64,000 nt of DNA from contig NW_002060960.1 of the NCBI RefSeq assembly GCF_000150275.1, forward strand, positions 350,189 through 414,188, in the 5' to 3' direction. The stretch's first letter is position 1; each line of letters begins with the position of its first letter. The translations under genes were made by a program, and so were the position numbers. Of the stretch, positions 1 to 15,000 are shown piece after piece. This stretch comes from Trichoplax adhaerens (Eukaryota > Animalia > Placozoa). The notes below the pieces were generated by a model. It made no database searches. It was not told where the DNA came from and saw only the letters and a program-made list of their open reading frames with translations.

Positions 1-64
1 AAAAATAATGTATATGCTAGCTGTTTCATGATAACTGATCATTTTTGAACATATTACAAATTAC

Positions 65-3000
65 ATTCGCGCAATCCAGCTATTTCGAAAATAATGATAA
101 TATTTCGGATCTAGATATGAACCATCAGTATTTCTAAATATTATTTCAAATAAGCACAGTTTAGTAAAGGGAATATTGAGATAGGGAGGGATGAATTAAG
201 TTGAATAATCCTGTTAGCTAGTCAGACTGACAAGGTTATGATGTATGGAAAGGTAGGTATTTTTAAGGATCTTTCTGTCGGAATGAACCTCTTAAGTGGA
301 TTTTCTCCAAGATCTCTATTATAATAATCTTGTTAGTCTAGCATTTTTTTTTGTTTAAAAATCAATTACTCCTATAACGTGCTGATGTTGGATATTTGAA
401 AGAAAGTCGGTAGGTTATTAATTGAATAGCCTAGTGGAAAATGTGAACGGTACTGCTTGAAGCAGCTAAGCTAGGTGGACATTAGTTACAGAAGAATGCG
501 AACTTTGAAGTTTCCTATTTACATTTATGCTAAAACAAGGTACATTTTCAAGTTACTCACAAGAAATATAAATTGTGAATTTTTTTTTCGAAACAGCTAA
601 GGTCGATCTCTTCTATTTGATTACTATCTAGAGTCCTATTAACAAAGGCAAGCCTATTATTGAATCTAAGCAGTTTAAAATCATTTTCTAACTTTCTTGA
701 ATCATTCCCAAATCCTTTAATAAGAAATAGTTACGTTAATGGCCGTCTTAATTACGCCTTTTACATTTGTGATATCGTAGTAACAGATTTATAAGTAGAG
801 TTCAGTATAAAATACTCGCTGACTATAGTTTTACACACTGAGACTTACAACTCCATTAAACGATATAAACCGACGAAGGTATTTTGTTTCAAAGTCGTTA
901 TCCGATTCTCTTCCAAACTCCTAAGTAAGGCAAATAATCAAGCTTATGTTATCAATTTTATTCAAAAACTTTTTACTGGAAGAAAAAATTGTTAACTGTA
1001 TGAAGAAAAGCGGTAACTTTGAATATCTTACAAATAGTACAAATTTTTTAAGTCCTGAAAAGCGTATTCCTCTATATTGTTTATCAAATTTAACCTCAAA
1101 TTCCTAGCAGTACAATTAAGTAATGGTTAACGGCTGAATCAAGTATAAGTTACGTAATTAAAAAAAAATTGTTGCTAAAAACAAGAACATAAGTTATTTG
1201 ATATTTCATCATTTCGGCGTCGAAAATTTACAGAGTCTCCAGATTTCCAAGAGCTTTAAATTGACCGATGATTACATCAGTAAGTTCGTTACCCAGCAAA
1301 GATCTAAAAATAGGGAGATCAGCTGATATTATATAACATTACAAAATGCTTTAGTAATGAATTAGTAAGCAATGGCTACGCTATTGAAATTGAGAATGGA
1401 ACATCAAAATTAACGCTAGACGTCATTGATATTGATAGTCTTGGGTTAAAAAATCTACTGTATATCAAGACTATCTGGGTAAGCTGGTATTGTTTCGTAA
1501 GTAAATGGAATAAAGTATTTTGAGACTGTTAGTTCAAGCTTTTTGCAAGGCTGAAAATTAAATTAACTTGACTTAACATCTACATGAGTTGATTTCGGTA
1601 TCTTAAACAGACTATAATTATTATCACTCACAATGTTCGTAATTCCGGCATCATAGCGAAACTATTGGGCTCAATGGATTGGATACTATTATATTGCAGT
1701 TGCCTGAATATAAGTATCGACAATATTGGAAATTAACGTAAATATCAGCTATCAGTATTAATCAAGCTGATTCAACGTTATATTAAAATAAATTATTAGT
1801 AATAAATGTTCATTTTTTCGGTATTAATAACGGTATATGATGTAATTCTTGTTTTAAATTTACATATCAAATCTTATTTTTGCGATTTAAGGCGGCATTT
1901 TCGTACTTACAGAGATTTTAATGAAGGGAGAAAAGGAAAACTGTCATTTTGAATTTTGGTTATACCGTTGCGGTTTAATTCCCTACAGCAGTCCTTTAAA
2001 AATTTAACTTGCATTCGTTTTAAAATTAAGTGTATTATTCACTTTAAGGTTAGCAAAATTCTAACATAACATAGATAGTTCCATCTTGTTTTACCCTTAG
2101 GCAGTTGTAAATGAATGTAAAAATTACATGTTACGCGATTTATAAAGTATGAAGGCTGATAATTTGCCGCAGTAATTAAGTTCAGTCTCGTGCATCTTAA
2201 AAAGCGGCTGTAAGTCCTAATGAGACTCTTCTATTAGTTTCAATTCTCACGTTGCAGATTTACATTTTTAACAGCGTACAATTATAATGACATATAAGAA
2301 AGATGAAACAATTAAATCCTTCATGATTACGATTAGAATTCTTTACATGCAGAAATTTAGCTTACTAAAACTGATAGTAAGATTATACTGCATAGCTTCC
2401 TTTGCTTTAGAATGTCGATCAATGAAGATATAATGTTCACGAAATATTTATTTTATAAGTCAATTTAGATTATTAATTACGTACAAATAATTTAGCCTCA
2501 CTAGTCTTTCAAATTTTCCCTTCTTCACCATAAACGGTGGATTTTTTATGTTTCTTACAATACTATATGAATTAAAGATACAGTTAAAATATGAAATATA
2601 GGTAGAATAAAAAGTATTTCAAATTTTCATTTTTCTATTATAGATGGTGGATTTTGTATGTTTCTAACGATACGATATAAATTTAAAATAGTATCCGTAT
2701 AAGTATATATAGAGAGAGGTATAAAGCATGAGTTACTGGCATAAAAGTGATTGAAAATGATGGCTCGAATCATCGATTTGCTCGGAAATTCAATAGTAAG
2801 TAAAATATCACATTTCAATAGCTACTATGTATCGTACTTAAAATCAAGCATAGAAAAATATATAGCTATATAACTTACAGATTTTTTAGCTTTGGATGAT
2901 GGCTGAAAGTAAGATTGGATGATATATAGCACGGATCAATAGTTCTATGTATCAATTCAAAAGGTATATCAATAATGTAATTTACATTGCCAAGGCAGTT

Positions 3001-6000
3001 CAAGATCTAATGAACGCTCGACATTAATTAAGGGAATTATAAATATGATAATGCCATGCTAATGCAATTCTACAGCTTATTACACTTACAGTAGGCAATA
3101 TTTTAGCACTACAAGAGTTTAACAAAAATACACTATCAATTAAAGTACATCATGAATAGTCTAGTATAATATCGGCATTACTTTACTATTGGCTTTACTC
3201 TATAGATTTTTTAGTTTATTTTTAAAATATATGGCCTTAAAATCTAATAGCTTACGCAAAAATAATATTTAGAATTACTCTAATAATTTATAGTAAAGAG
3301 TACTATTTTTTACTGGCATTATAGTCAAGCGATAGATTTGCTATCAGTAACACGCAAATTTTTTAATATTAGTTTACAATCGCTCTAAGTTTCTTAAGGC
3401 AGATATTTCCATGGCATTTCTCATGCTGATTTTCCTAAAATTTTAAATTTTGGAAGGTGTTACAAGTACTAAAATAGTGAGGAGTAAGGTAACAGCTAAG
3501 TTACTGATAACTACAATCAGCTAAAGCACATTTGATATGAATAGTTGTGTCAGTATATGCGTACTTACAGACTTTTAACCGGAGCAAGGATATTTTTTGC
3601 AGTGTTTGCAAAGTTTAATAATGGATTTTTAAGTAAATTTCTAATAATTGGTGATAAAAAATATACAATTTTTATTTGGTTTAGCAATGATACTTTTTAT
3701 AATATATAGCTATTAAGAAGCTTTCGTTAGATAAATGTTTCTTAGAGTGTATTTTGTGGTAATAAGTTTTCAGAAAGCTTTCTGCCTATAAAAATAACAT
3801 TTACAAATTTTGCACTCCAGCCAGATCCGTAATATTGTTATTATGGTCAGAATAGATGATAACAATATGATTTTCCTCAGCATCTCTAATGGAACAGCAG
3901 AACATTAATTATTAAAACAGTCTTCAAATTCATGGTAATAATTCAAAATTTCGCACTTAATATAATATGTAAGCGATATTACAGAAGAAAAGCTACTAAT
4001 TATGAATTATTGTACTTGCAGCTAAATACAAACTCTTACAAAGTTTTCAGTAAGACCAACTCAGGTAGATATGTAATATCAATAGTTTCAACTACGTTCC
4101 GTCTTATAGATCTATAAAATTAAAGATAGATTTCATTATTAAGGAGATGGGTAATGATAATTTATTATAAGATCATCAGCGAGACAGCTGCTATTTGCTA
4201 AACGATTCGCTACTAGTACTGCACTCTTAAATTGTTTAACTTACATTGTTTCTATTGATTTGCAACTATTTTTTCTTAAAGCTTCAAAATTAAAATTGGT
4301 GATGTGATTCATAGTAAGATTTCTAGCAAGATTAGAATTTAACTTAATCTCTTCAAAGATTTAGAGGTAATAAAGCGTTGTGCTCCAAAGATAATTAAAA
4401 AAAAATTTCCGTTAATTGTCCTTAAATAATCAAGTATATAAGATATTTATCTAAATGTGTTATCATTATAACACTAATCGAGCTGGTAAACTTATTGGTA
4501 AATTGCGCTAGACGAATTCTAACGGCAAGCCTTCGTAAATACGCCATGTTATAAGAATTAGGTAGAAATTGGATCGAATATAATCTTATTTCTGTCTAAA
4601 AGTAGATCACTACTGCACCAAATCCACTCTCTCGCTGCATGATACGAGTACTTAGCTGCTAATGAACACAATCATTGGATCCATTGCTGATACTTTCTTT
4701 ATGACTACATGATTGATAGGAAGTGATATTCTCTCTAAATCACCTAATTTACATATTATTTCTTAATCATCTGTTTACTAGATAAAGTGTGTTAAATTGA
4801 TACCGCTTAGTTAGTATTAGGGCCTACTATCACTTCCGTAAGCGTAATGTACTTTTTAACGGATTGTTATGAAAACCAAAATTTCTTCGATCATCAGGTT
4901 GGAAAAAGAATATCTATTTTATAGATTAAAGCCCTGAACAGGACTTTGCTTGTTTTAAATAAAGTGTATTAAAACAATTTAAGATAATAAGAATACATTT
5001 CTGGGTTATTTGTGTTCGCTGTAAAAAATAGAGAGAAGTCAAATAATCTTTAGCTTAATATTATGTACTGAACCATCAAGTCCGTTCTTATTAAGATAAA
5101 TGTATTCATTTATGCAGCGTTAGGTAGTTAGCCCGAGTGCGATTAGTAAACCCATACTAACGTCTTATGATTACTAATTTACCGCATTAGCTTTACATAA
5201 TAACTTAAATTATTATTGCAATATCTTTGCATATGCTGCACATATAAGATGAGAAATCTGATAACTTACAAAGAGATCAAATTATAGCTGCCGTTGCAAA
5301 CTTCTTCGTCGAAAGATTTGAAGTAATTATTATTTAAAAGCCTGAATTTAAAATATAAACTCTTGCTTGTCAAAATTATTCTTAGCACTTTGGGTGGTAG
5401 TAAGATACTCTACATTACATGAAGTTTACTACATTACTAAACTATAGAACCTACAAGTTTCTAAGAGAATAGAGACTTGAAAATACACCAGTTGGTAATT
5501 GACTTAATATATTGTGGCCCAAATGCCTATCAGATATCAAATAAAGTTTTTAACCGTAATTTATTAATGCTCTTTAATATCGACATCTATTTAAAATTAT
5601 AATGCAGAATATGGTAAATATACAAATGCTAGTATTTGGTTCTGAAGCTGATTTATTGGTTAAGCACATGTTGTAATTATTTCTGATATTTAATAATCGT
5701 ATTGGACATTATTTGGTAATAGAGACGTGATAAATGATTTTAAAGATCAGCAGCATTGCTTTTTTAAGCATCATTCCAATCTTACAATTTCTGCAAAGAA
5801 GACAGTCCGTAGAAAGTCATTGCTGTGACATTTTTAATTCTGTTGAAGGATAGGTTTCTATCAATAAAGTATTACATCGAAATTAAACACCTTAGCTTTG
5901 CTGACGTTTACCTTGTTTCGTATAAAATACGTAGAATTTAACAGTATGTCGATCAATTAAATAATGTATTTTTGACTTATATTTAGGAACTACTATATAG

Positions 6001-9000
6001 ATCAATTGTAAGACTAACGTGAATTTAATAACTGCAGTGATAGTTTCGTTTTACTACCAAAATTATCTTAAGGAATTATGTAAGCTGACAGCATCTAGGA
6101 TTATAAGAATAATGAAAGTAAATAACAATACTAGAAAGTGCCCTATCTCATGTACTGAGCGATTTCTGCTAAATATATGGAAAGATTTAGTTAGCCAAAA
6201 CTATATTTCAAAGCTAACATCTTTATATACACCAGATTGACTACATACAATTCAGTAAGGCGGCGAAGTTCTTTAAATGCCTGATCACAAATGTCGTAAA
6301 TTTGACTCCTTTGTAAGTCTCTAGCATATTGGCACAATAAATCAGAATGATATATTTTCTTCATCAATATCAATATAAAACTTTACACTTATAGTATATC
6401 TTTAGTACATACATTTGTAATTCAATAAATAGCTTATTGAATTAACTAATGTTACGTTTGTCCAGCAATTGCATTAACATGATTTTGTAGCTTTGAGATT
6501 ATGAATTACAAGTAACAGAGATGCTATTACACTGATTTTCATTGATATCAGACTCGAGGAGCTTTGAAGTTAAACAACTCATTCGATTACAGGTTCACTG
6601 ATGTATAGATTCATCACTATAACTAAATATTGCCTCTTTATACCGATACAGAAACTTACCGTATTGCTACGGGTGTAAATTATTATCAACATTTCATTAT
6701 ATCACTAGTAATATAGTATGATCAAAGGCCTTTGTAGTACTTTTACGTGTACAAATATAATTTAAGAACTGAAAGGGAAAAATTTTTCAGATACCAAAAC
6801 TACGTAACTGCTTATTAATTTCTCGGACGTAACTCCTCCAGTACATTAATTTTTGTACTTAAATTCACGGACTTACAATTTTTTTAGGCTAGGAAGGTGA
6901 CTTATATTTCCACATTTCAGGTAGTAAATATATCCACCTGATATATCCCTAGGAAAAATTTCATAATCGGCAATAAGTATTGAAAAATTAAAATAGTTTC
7001 AATTTGTTTGATTATCGTGAACCAGATGCAATAAGTATAAAAATAATAATATTTATATTGTCTTCTTTTTAATTGAGAATTTAAAATCAGAACTTTCAGA
7101 CATTGATGACTTTTCATAATTGCAAATCTAACTTTGGGTATTAATATGTACTGTGTCACTACATCATCTTAAAAATTATATTGCCATAATAGTCTACTAA
7201 CTATATGCAAAAAAAATTTCTTGACTGGTGTAGTTTTAACGTGCAATATTCGTACTTCTGTATCTAGATAATAAGCAATTAATAAGATCTATAGTTGTAA
7301 TAGTAGACTCTTTATGGATTGACGCCATGAGACATTGTATATTTTGTCTATTTAACTATTCCGAAGCTATAGAGATAATGGGCTGTACTAGAGCCTGCCT
7401 AAATTTTATACTTACAGATATGTAAGACGTGTCATGTTCTGAAAAGGCATAATTGCGAAATCTGTATATTTCATATGGCTAAAAAAGCTTAAACATAACA
7501 TAATTTTATTTGAAATGATTATACTTGAGCACTAATTTTAATGTGATTTGATCATACCAATTGGCGGCTATATTCACAATAATGATATGTATAGCACTTG
7601 CTAATGTTTACTATACTCGATACATTATATTCAAAATATATTTACGCAGAAATGAGGCGAGGTATTGCAAGATGGGTATCACCAGCAATGTTTTCTATTG
7701 GATTGAAGCTCATATCCCTAGTGTGTCATTAATATTGATTATCATGCCAGACTGTGATTGCTGATGTTTTAAAATGCTACGGTATTCTTCAAAGCTAAAT
7801 ATATATATATACAAGAAACCATTTCTATTTAATTTAATAAATTATAGTACTAAAAAATCACTTTATTGCTGCATATTTTCTAGAGTTTACTGCAGTACGG
7901 CTGAAACCAAGCACTTCCGAATCCGGAAGAAAAATTATAAAAGCAGTAAGGATTTACCATGAACATAATTAATTTTCTAGTAGTTCATAGCAAATAACTA
8001 ATATTTGATTACAGTATGTGCATGTTTGTTAATCATAGAACTTACAAATTCCTGAGTTTATGCAAGCCACTGAATAAATTTTTATGAACAAAACGAATGG
8101 TATTATTTCTTAGATTTCTTCCGGAAGAACAGGTAATATTAATTATAAATTTAATTAGAGCCGTAGTATATCAGTGAGGATAAAAACTATGAATTCTAGC
8201 GCATACTGGTAGAAATTTAATACATACATGTATGATAAATTGGTGGTGTTAGCAAAAGTTCCATATTTTACGTCTCGGAGGAATGAATTTGCAAAGATTC
8301 TAAGAACAGCAATATAGCATATTACCGCTACGCTAGTGGTATTAATCAATTTTTAGAAGTGAAAATTTATCCATTTTTTTATTTCTAGCAAGAAATTTCA
8401 TTTTAAGGATGCTTCTGCTATTATGCAGATAGTCTGGAGTGTTATAAGCTAATGGCTTGCAGGTGATCATAAATAATGAATGCAATTTATCTTATGTTAG
8501 TGCATAGGTGATTATACAAGTGAGATATTGAGCTACTAATACGGTAGAGGGAAAAATAGAGTAGTAAATCATTTATTAGGATATGATTAGCTCATTGTAC
8601 TTTAAGTGCTAAGAATAATGTCGACGCAAATACTGTAATCGTTTCCATATTGGATTAATGATGGTCCGCTGTAAAATATTGCTACTAATAATAATTTGAT
8701 TATGTGTAAAATAACTTAAAATGTTGCTATGCTGATTGTAGCTGAGAAGGTTATGGAGAGTCAAAAAGCGAGTGACATTAGATTATCCGATTGTTTCTCT
8801 AGAAGTCTTTCAGTAGTTTCATTCGGTTAGAGTAGAGCCGTATATAGCCAATCTTTGCATTAGATCTAATAAAGTTCTAATTTTTTATAAATTTTGAATT
8901 TTCGAGATCAAATTTTATCATTACAATATATACGATATTAGAAATATTGCTACTTCAACTGAATATGTGAAACGGAAGGGTGCACCTTAATTATATCTTG

Positions 9001-12000
9001 TTAAGATTATTGCAGTAATACATAAACATGTGGTGCCTTCAAAATAACAAACTTTAGGTAGAGCGCTGACAACTACGGTATTTATATAAGGCAGCTAGCT
9101 ATGTTTAAATAACTTCAGAAATCTACTTTCCAAATAATAGAAATTAATACGAAATATTATAGAGTCTTAGCCAATTATTTATATTTGATTAAATTTTAAT
9201 ATTTTAATTATGACCTACAGTGTTTTTAAGTTGTTCAATGTTTGAAAAATATCCTTATCCAAGAACTGCATTAACGACTCTCTTATTTCCCTGAAACAGC
9301 ATTGATTGTCAAAGTATTGAATACAAAAGGACACACACGCAAATATATTTAAAAGATTGATGGTAACTATAAAGTTTTAATTTTTTCCGCATAAATAGAT
9401 AGATATAAATGCGGGTATTGCACATTAAAACAAAATTATATTTCAAGTAAAATTTTAAAAACTTAGATTGATCATCACAGTTTGTAATATCAAGCAAGTT
9501 AAAATTCTTTTAAAAATTTGTAATTTTAAGCAACCATTAAACCAGTCAAAATAAGTAAAACATTTATCACAATTAGATAGAAAGCAATACATTATTTAAC
9601 TTACAAAATTTCCAATTTATTTAAAGGCTTAAAAATGTTTTTAGGAAGTATTTGCATTGGATTTTTATCTAAATTTCTATAAAAATATAAATAAGTTATG
9701 CATAATCTGCTCGTTGTTATACGTGAGCATGTTTAGTTATTTGAAAATTATACGAGCATTGGGATTTCTTGCCCCCAAAAATTGTAATTTATATTCTTAG
9801 CAACTATTGCAATTATATATTCGATATTATATAATTGCAGGATTGGGCAATATCGTTAATATCATGCCGTATTAACGCGTAAGTACTATAGAGTAGGTCA
9901 AGTGGATAACAGCAGTTGGAATTTAATTATTTCAGTTTGTGAATTATGATTACTAAGTTAAATTCGTTTAGAAAATTAGTTTATTCTAGTGACAAAACTT
10001 GTGAAGTAAGGGTATTTGATTTTATAACAAGTTGAAGTTTTTTTTGGAAAGCTAATTATCATTGTAGTACTGCAGCGCTGAGCTACTTTGTTAAAGGAGT
10101 TCAGAAAATTATTGCAGGAACCGAGCATTGCAGCAAGAGGAATTTCTAGTCATATGAATCACTCGCTTGTATAATAATTTTGATACAGTCTAACGCCAAA
10201 TCTTACACTACTCATTACTAGTTTTGATTTAGTCTATATAAGGCTAATAATTAGTCGTTATGTTACAATAATCTAGTCGTATACTGCTTTTGCAATCTCC
10301 GGCTTAATTCACCCTTTTAGAGTCATAACGTTAACTATGTGTTCGCAGTCATCGTATTACAAAAATCTTATAATAACTTTAACAAAGATTGCGTCAATTA
10401 TTTGCATCATCAAATAGGGCTTGATTTCTTAAGTGCTTGTGTGTCTTATGCCAGGAAGTAATTATTTTTTACTACGTTCTAGTCTCTAAACTCTAAGATT
10501 TATACTTATCAACAAAACTAGTATTGCAGCATTGCTTCATAAACCATTTAATTTCCTTCGATTTACAAATAGAGCATGGTGTAATTGAACTACTGCATAT
10601 ATATGCATAATGGCTCTTTCATCAATTCTCAACTTTACTTAGGAACTGGGTTTGGAGTGTGTGTAACGAAGAACTTAACATGAAGAATAATTTGATCTAT
10701 CGTATCGATATAGATTAGTAAATTAGTTATATTGATGACCATTTTTAATTATAGTCTAACTATAAATGTAAGCTAAAATTTAATTCCATTTTGAAAATGT
10801 TACGAAATTTATGGTATACCATTGCTATTACAGTTACAGTATACACGTATATTAATTATTAAATAGATTACTTTGTTACTAATATCTGAATTGTCAATAT
10901 GGCTAGAAATAGTACTGACACAGTCAACTTACAGATTTAACATATTCTCTAAACCATTGAATGCATCTTCATCAAGAGATGTAATCTTTGATTTGGCTAC
11001 ATTTCTATTGAAATAATAGCTATGATTAGTATGAAGATCTTAGCAAATAACCGGTAGAATATAGTTAACCTATCGGTTTTGACTCACAAGACTTGTAAAT
11101 TTTTTAAATTTAGGAAAGTATTACTACGGAGTGCTCCAATAGTACTCATTCCAATATCACTATAAAAAAATGGATCATAAAGTCAGAAATAGATTATTAT
11201 ATGACCGTAGTTCGATAGGAAAGTTATAGTGGTTTCAGTACAGATAGCGGAGATTTGGTAAGTTCTTTGAATTAATTTGTGAAATAGCACCCCCCAAGAA
11301 GCGGTTATAATAGACATCTCTATTGCAAAAGTTTAAAGAATAAATGAAAAGGTACATCAAATAATGTTCAAGATGATTATAGTACAATATAAGATAGATC
11401 AGAGAATCACTGTTCCAAGAACGGGTATTTTTACAACTGTAGTACCAGTATATTGTAATATTCGAAATCTGAAATTAGGCTATAGCCTAATATAAATAAC
11501 TATCTAATTGACGTAATTGACGTCATCATATCTATTGCAGTATTTTTAATAAAGTTTTACCAAAAGAAACACCAAGTAAGATATTTTGGTATTTTATTGG
11601 TATTAGATTTAGATACATTTGAACCTAAAAAATTTGCTCTACACATAAATAAAGTGAATTGAAAGTGAAAACACTATTTCATCGTTTTATGTCGTCCATC
11701 TTGTATTCTTAGATACTATTCATCAAATTGATGTTCCTGTCCAGTCATAACTTACATTTCGTAAATCCAAGGTTGAGGAATAGACGTATCAATTGGAAAT
11801 TCTTGAAGGAAATTATAGTATATGTGCCTTTATAGATAAATATGAACTTGATTATGTTTGCAGGTCAGAAATGATTAATACTTTGATTATACAGTTGCTG
11901 AAATTCTTCTCTTGCTACAACTACTGGTATATCTAACTATAGTTGTATAAAAGTATTTGTTTAACCTCATAAAGAGATGCTATTGCCGGGGTATCATAAC

Positions 12001-15000
12001 CTATAAGGTAAGTTAATTTCTATAATATCATATTATTTAACGATGCTATTAAGAATATGATATACGTGTCGTAATTGTCGCCCTTGATGTATACGTTATA
12101 TTTGCAAATGTAACTTGACTTTGAGGTACTACGGTAAAGACTCAGGGATGAATTTATACTAGTATAATCTTTACAAGTTACGTTTATTAACTATTCAAAT
12201 GTAATTAGAATTACTCTTAGCAATGGAAGAGGCTATATACCGCTAATGTTCTCTACAGTAGATATTTCGAGAACTTCGCTACTTAGAGAGTATCTTTTGA
12301 CACTGAAATCCTTGAATGACTGATTGCATTTTGTGCACAGTTGTAAGTATGTAGTCTTTCGGCTACTGATTGGTTACAGATAAGTCAGATCATCTGACTG
12401 ATATAGTTTTCTTATGATAGCAAATACCAATACAGTTATCCTATCTTACGTTGTACAAAAGGATGATATCCATGCGTATTTGTAATAGTACTAACGTAGA
12501 ATATACTACATATATACTGTGAATAATACCAAATTACAGCAATGCGATGACAATTAAGAAACTTATATAGGGAATTTTACTATAATTTTAAAGCTCTGCT
12601 TCGCATATACGAGTATGGTATAGTAATGCTGCTGTCTTATCGACTGAAATGGCCGATGACAGCTTTATACGGGTGTTTCAATTTTTCAAGTATTTTACTG
12701 GTTTATTTAATAATATAATTAATGTCATCGAAGGATTCCAATGCACTGAAAAATAACTAAATTGCTATTGTTATAACCAGAGTTATCGAAGAGAGGAGAA
12801 CTCATTTTATTTTCTTAGAATAAATTTTGTATCAAATATACTAGTATAGATTTTTGAAGTAATTACAACGGACAGGTAATATTATTGTATATTGTAATGC
12901 CAGTAAAATTTGTGTGCATATCTCCATGGTTAAGTAATCATAGTAGAATTAATGTATATTTGAAGATTTGGAACAGATTGTTTTAATCTTTTGTCACAAT
13001 CTATGCTATAGCAATAACATAGAACTTTTTGTTCTTCTTCGAATAAATTATTGTGCAAGCAAGTAATTTTTACTTTTGGGCATTAATTTGATGCTTCTCA
13101 TAATTGTGGTATTTCATAACTTTACTTATATGAAGAAAAACATAAACATTATCAGCTTTACTGAGATTATTATCCGAAACCAAGAGAATAATTAATTTAA
13201 AAAATTTTTGTGCTTCATGTACTTACACTTTCTGATAAGGAATAATCCAATGCTTAGGAAACTGATTTAAATGTCGGTTTACACAATTCATTTTTGAATT
13301 TGAACAAGAGCATCCTGAAGTGCATGGCAGGCGATCTTTGTATAATATTATGATAAACATTAAGAAATTATATATTAATGCGTCGTTATATCAGTATAAA
13401 CATACAGTCAGAAAGACGTAACTGTAAACTTTAGAACATACAAACATAAAAATTTCCCAATCTTTTTATTAATTATTTAGTAAAAATTAATTAGATCGCA
13501 TATGGCCTAATTCACCGCCTTCACATGTAGATAACTTATGGATTATTTTAAATTAAATACTGCGTAGGAAAACAATATCAACTTACGACAAACTATCTGT
13601 GGTAGGGATACATTATTATTGCTAGATGTTTTCCATAAAGGGCACGAAAATGGCTTACATACTTAGTTTAATATGTATAATAGGGTTAGTTAATATTCAA
13701 CAATAATCCATAATTGTTACAGATAATCCTCCATTGAATGAATGAAGAGTTACAATACCTTTTACATAATACATTCCATCTTTAATTGAGCAAGAATCTT
13801 TCGTACAATTCAACGCGCTATTTTTAATAGCTGCAATATCCATGGATACTAAAGTAAATTTATAAAGCAAATATAAACACTATTGAATTTATTTTCTAAA
13901 GCATTCTACCTTGTTAGCTATGTCGAGATTTAATTAGAATAGATTAAGTTTGTTTGTAATAAATTAATCATTGTTACCTAGTAAATTCAAATCAGCCGCT
14001 ATCATTAGATAGCTGAAATTCAATCATAATAATTGATCAATGAGATTTTGCAAATATACATGAGCCATTGAATTTTTAGTATTAACTGAACATTGATAAC
14101 GGATGCTCATGCAGCAATTCTGTAAATTAGCTAATTTTTAAATAAAAAATTGCAGCTTCATATCTTAGTATAGAAGAGCTGGATAGTCAGTATGACCTCA
14201 TGTTGATGAAATGTGATTCTTACTATTGAGTAGCACTGTGGCGAACTTCGACAAAGAAGATTTCATCGCATACTAAGTTCTATAAGTTTAAGAATTTTCG
14301 CTCTAAATTTTTAGCTAGGTATGCTCTAAATAAGTTAATTATCATATTTAGTCGGTTATACTATTTCTGTAGGGTATGTGTTTTATGCTTGATTTTTAAG
14401 AAACGTTGTTATAAGAAATTTTTCAGCCTGCCAGAGTTGGCTATACAGTATAATGATGTAATATCTCAGTCAATAAAGAAGCAACAACAGAATCTATTAT
14501 TATAAAACTTATTATGAGCTTGACACGATGAATTAAGCTAGCAGAACAAGCTTTTTTAAGCAGATTGTAGCCAAATACTTTTATAGGTAACATTTTTAGA
14601 AAGGACTCTTACATCATCTAATATCGCATTTAAATACAATCTTTTCAGTATCTGTAGCTTCAATTATCTTGTGGTATTCTACTTCATTTTATGTTCACCC
14701 ATCTTAACATAGTAGTCAACCGTAGCTAACGTTATATTTGATGAAGGCATAACGCAAATAGATCGTTCTACAGAATTGTTTTTAATATTTATAGTTATTC
14801 TAATTTTACGTGTATGACAAAAATAACTAAAAATCAAAGTGTTAGTATATGTCCATAAATGTGAAATTATATGATAAAAAATTACTATTATGCTAAATAT
14901 TACAAGCGGGAAGTTTACCAGTTAATATAGCAAAAGCTAATATATTTATGCAATTATCATTATCCTCTAACTACAACACGACACTATATCCATAACTAAA

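Noticed and set aside
2507-2690. Duplicated intronic segment as extra or alternative LRR exons
   Set aside because: There is no LRR consensus; one copy has an in-frame stop and the other has an incompatible donor phase
8740-8866. Minus-strand LRR-like peptide RLYSNRMKLLKDF after an AG
   Set aside because: An in-frame TAG comes before any phase-2 donor, so it is chance or a dead exon that I cannot support
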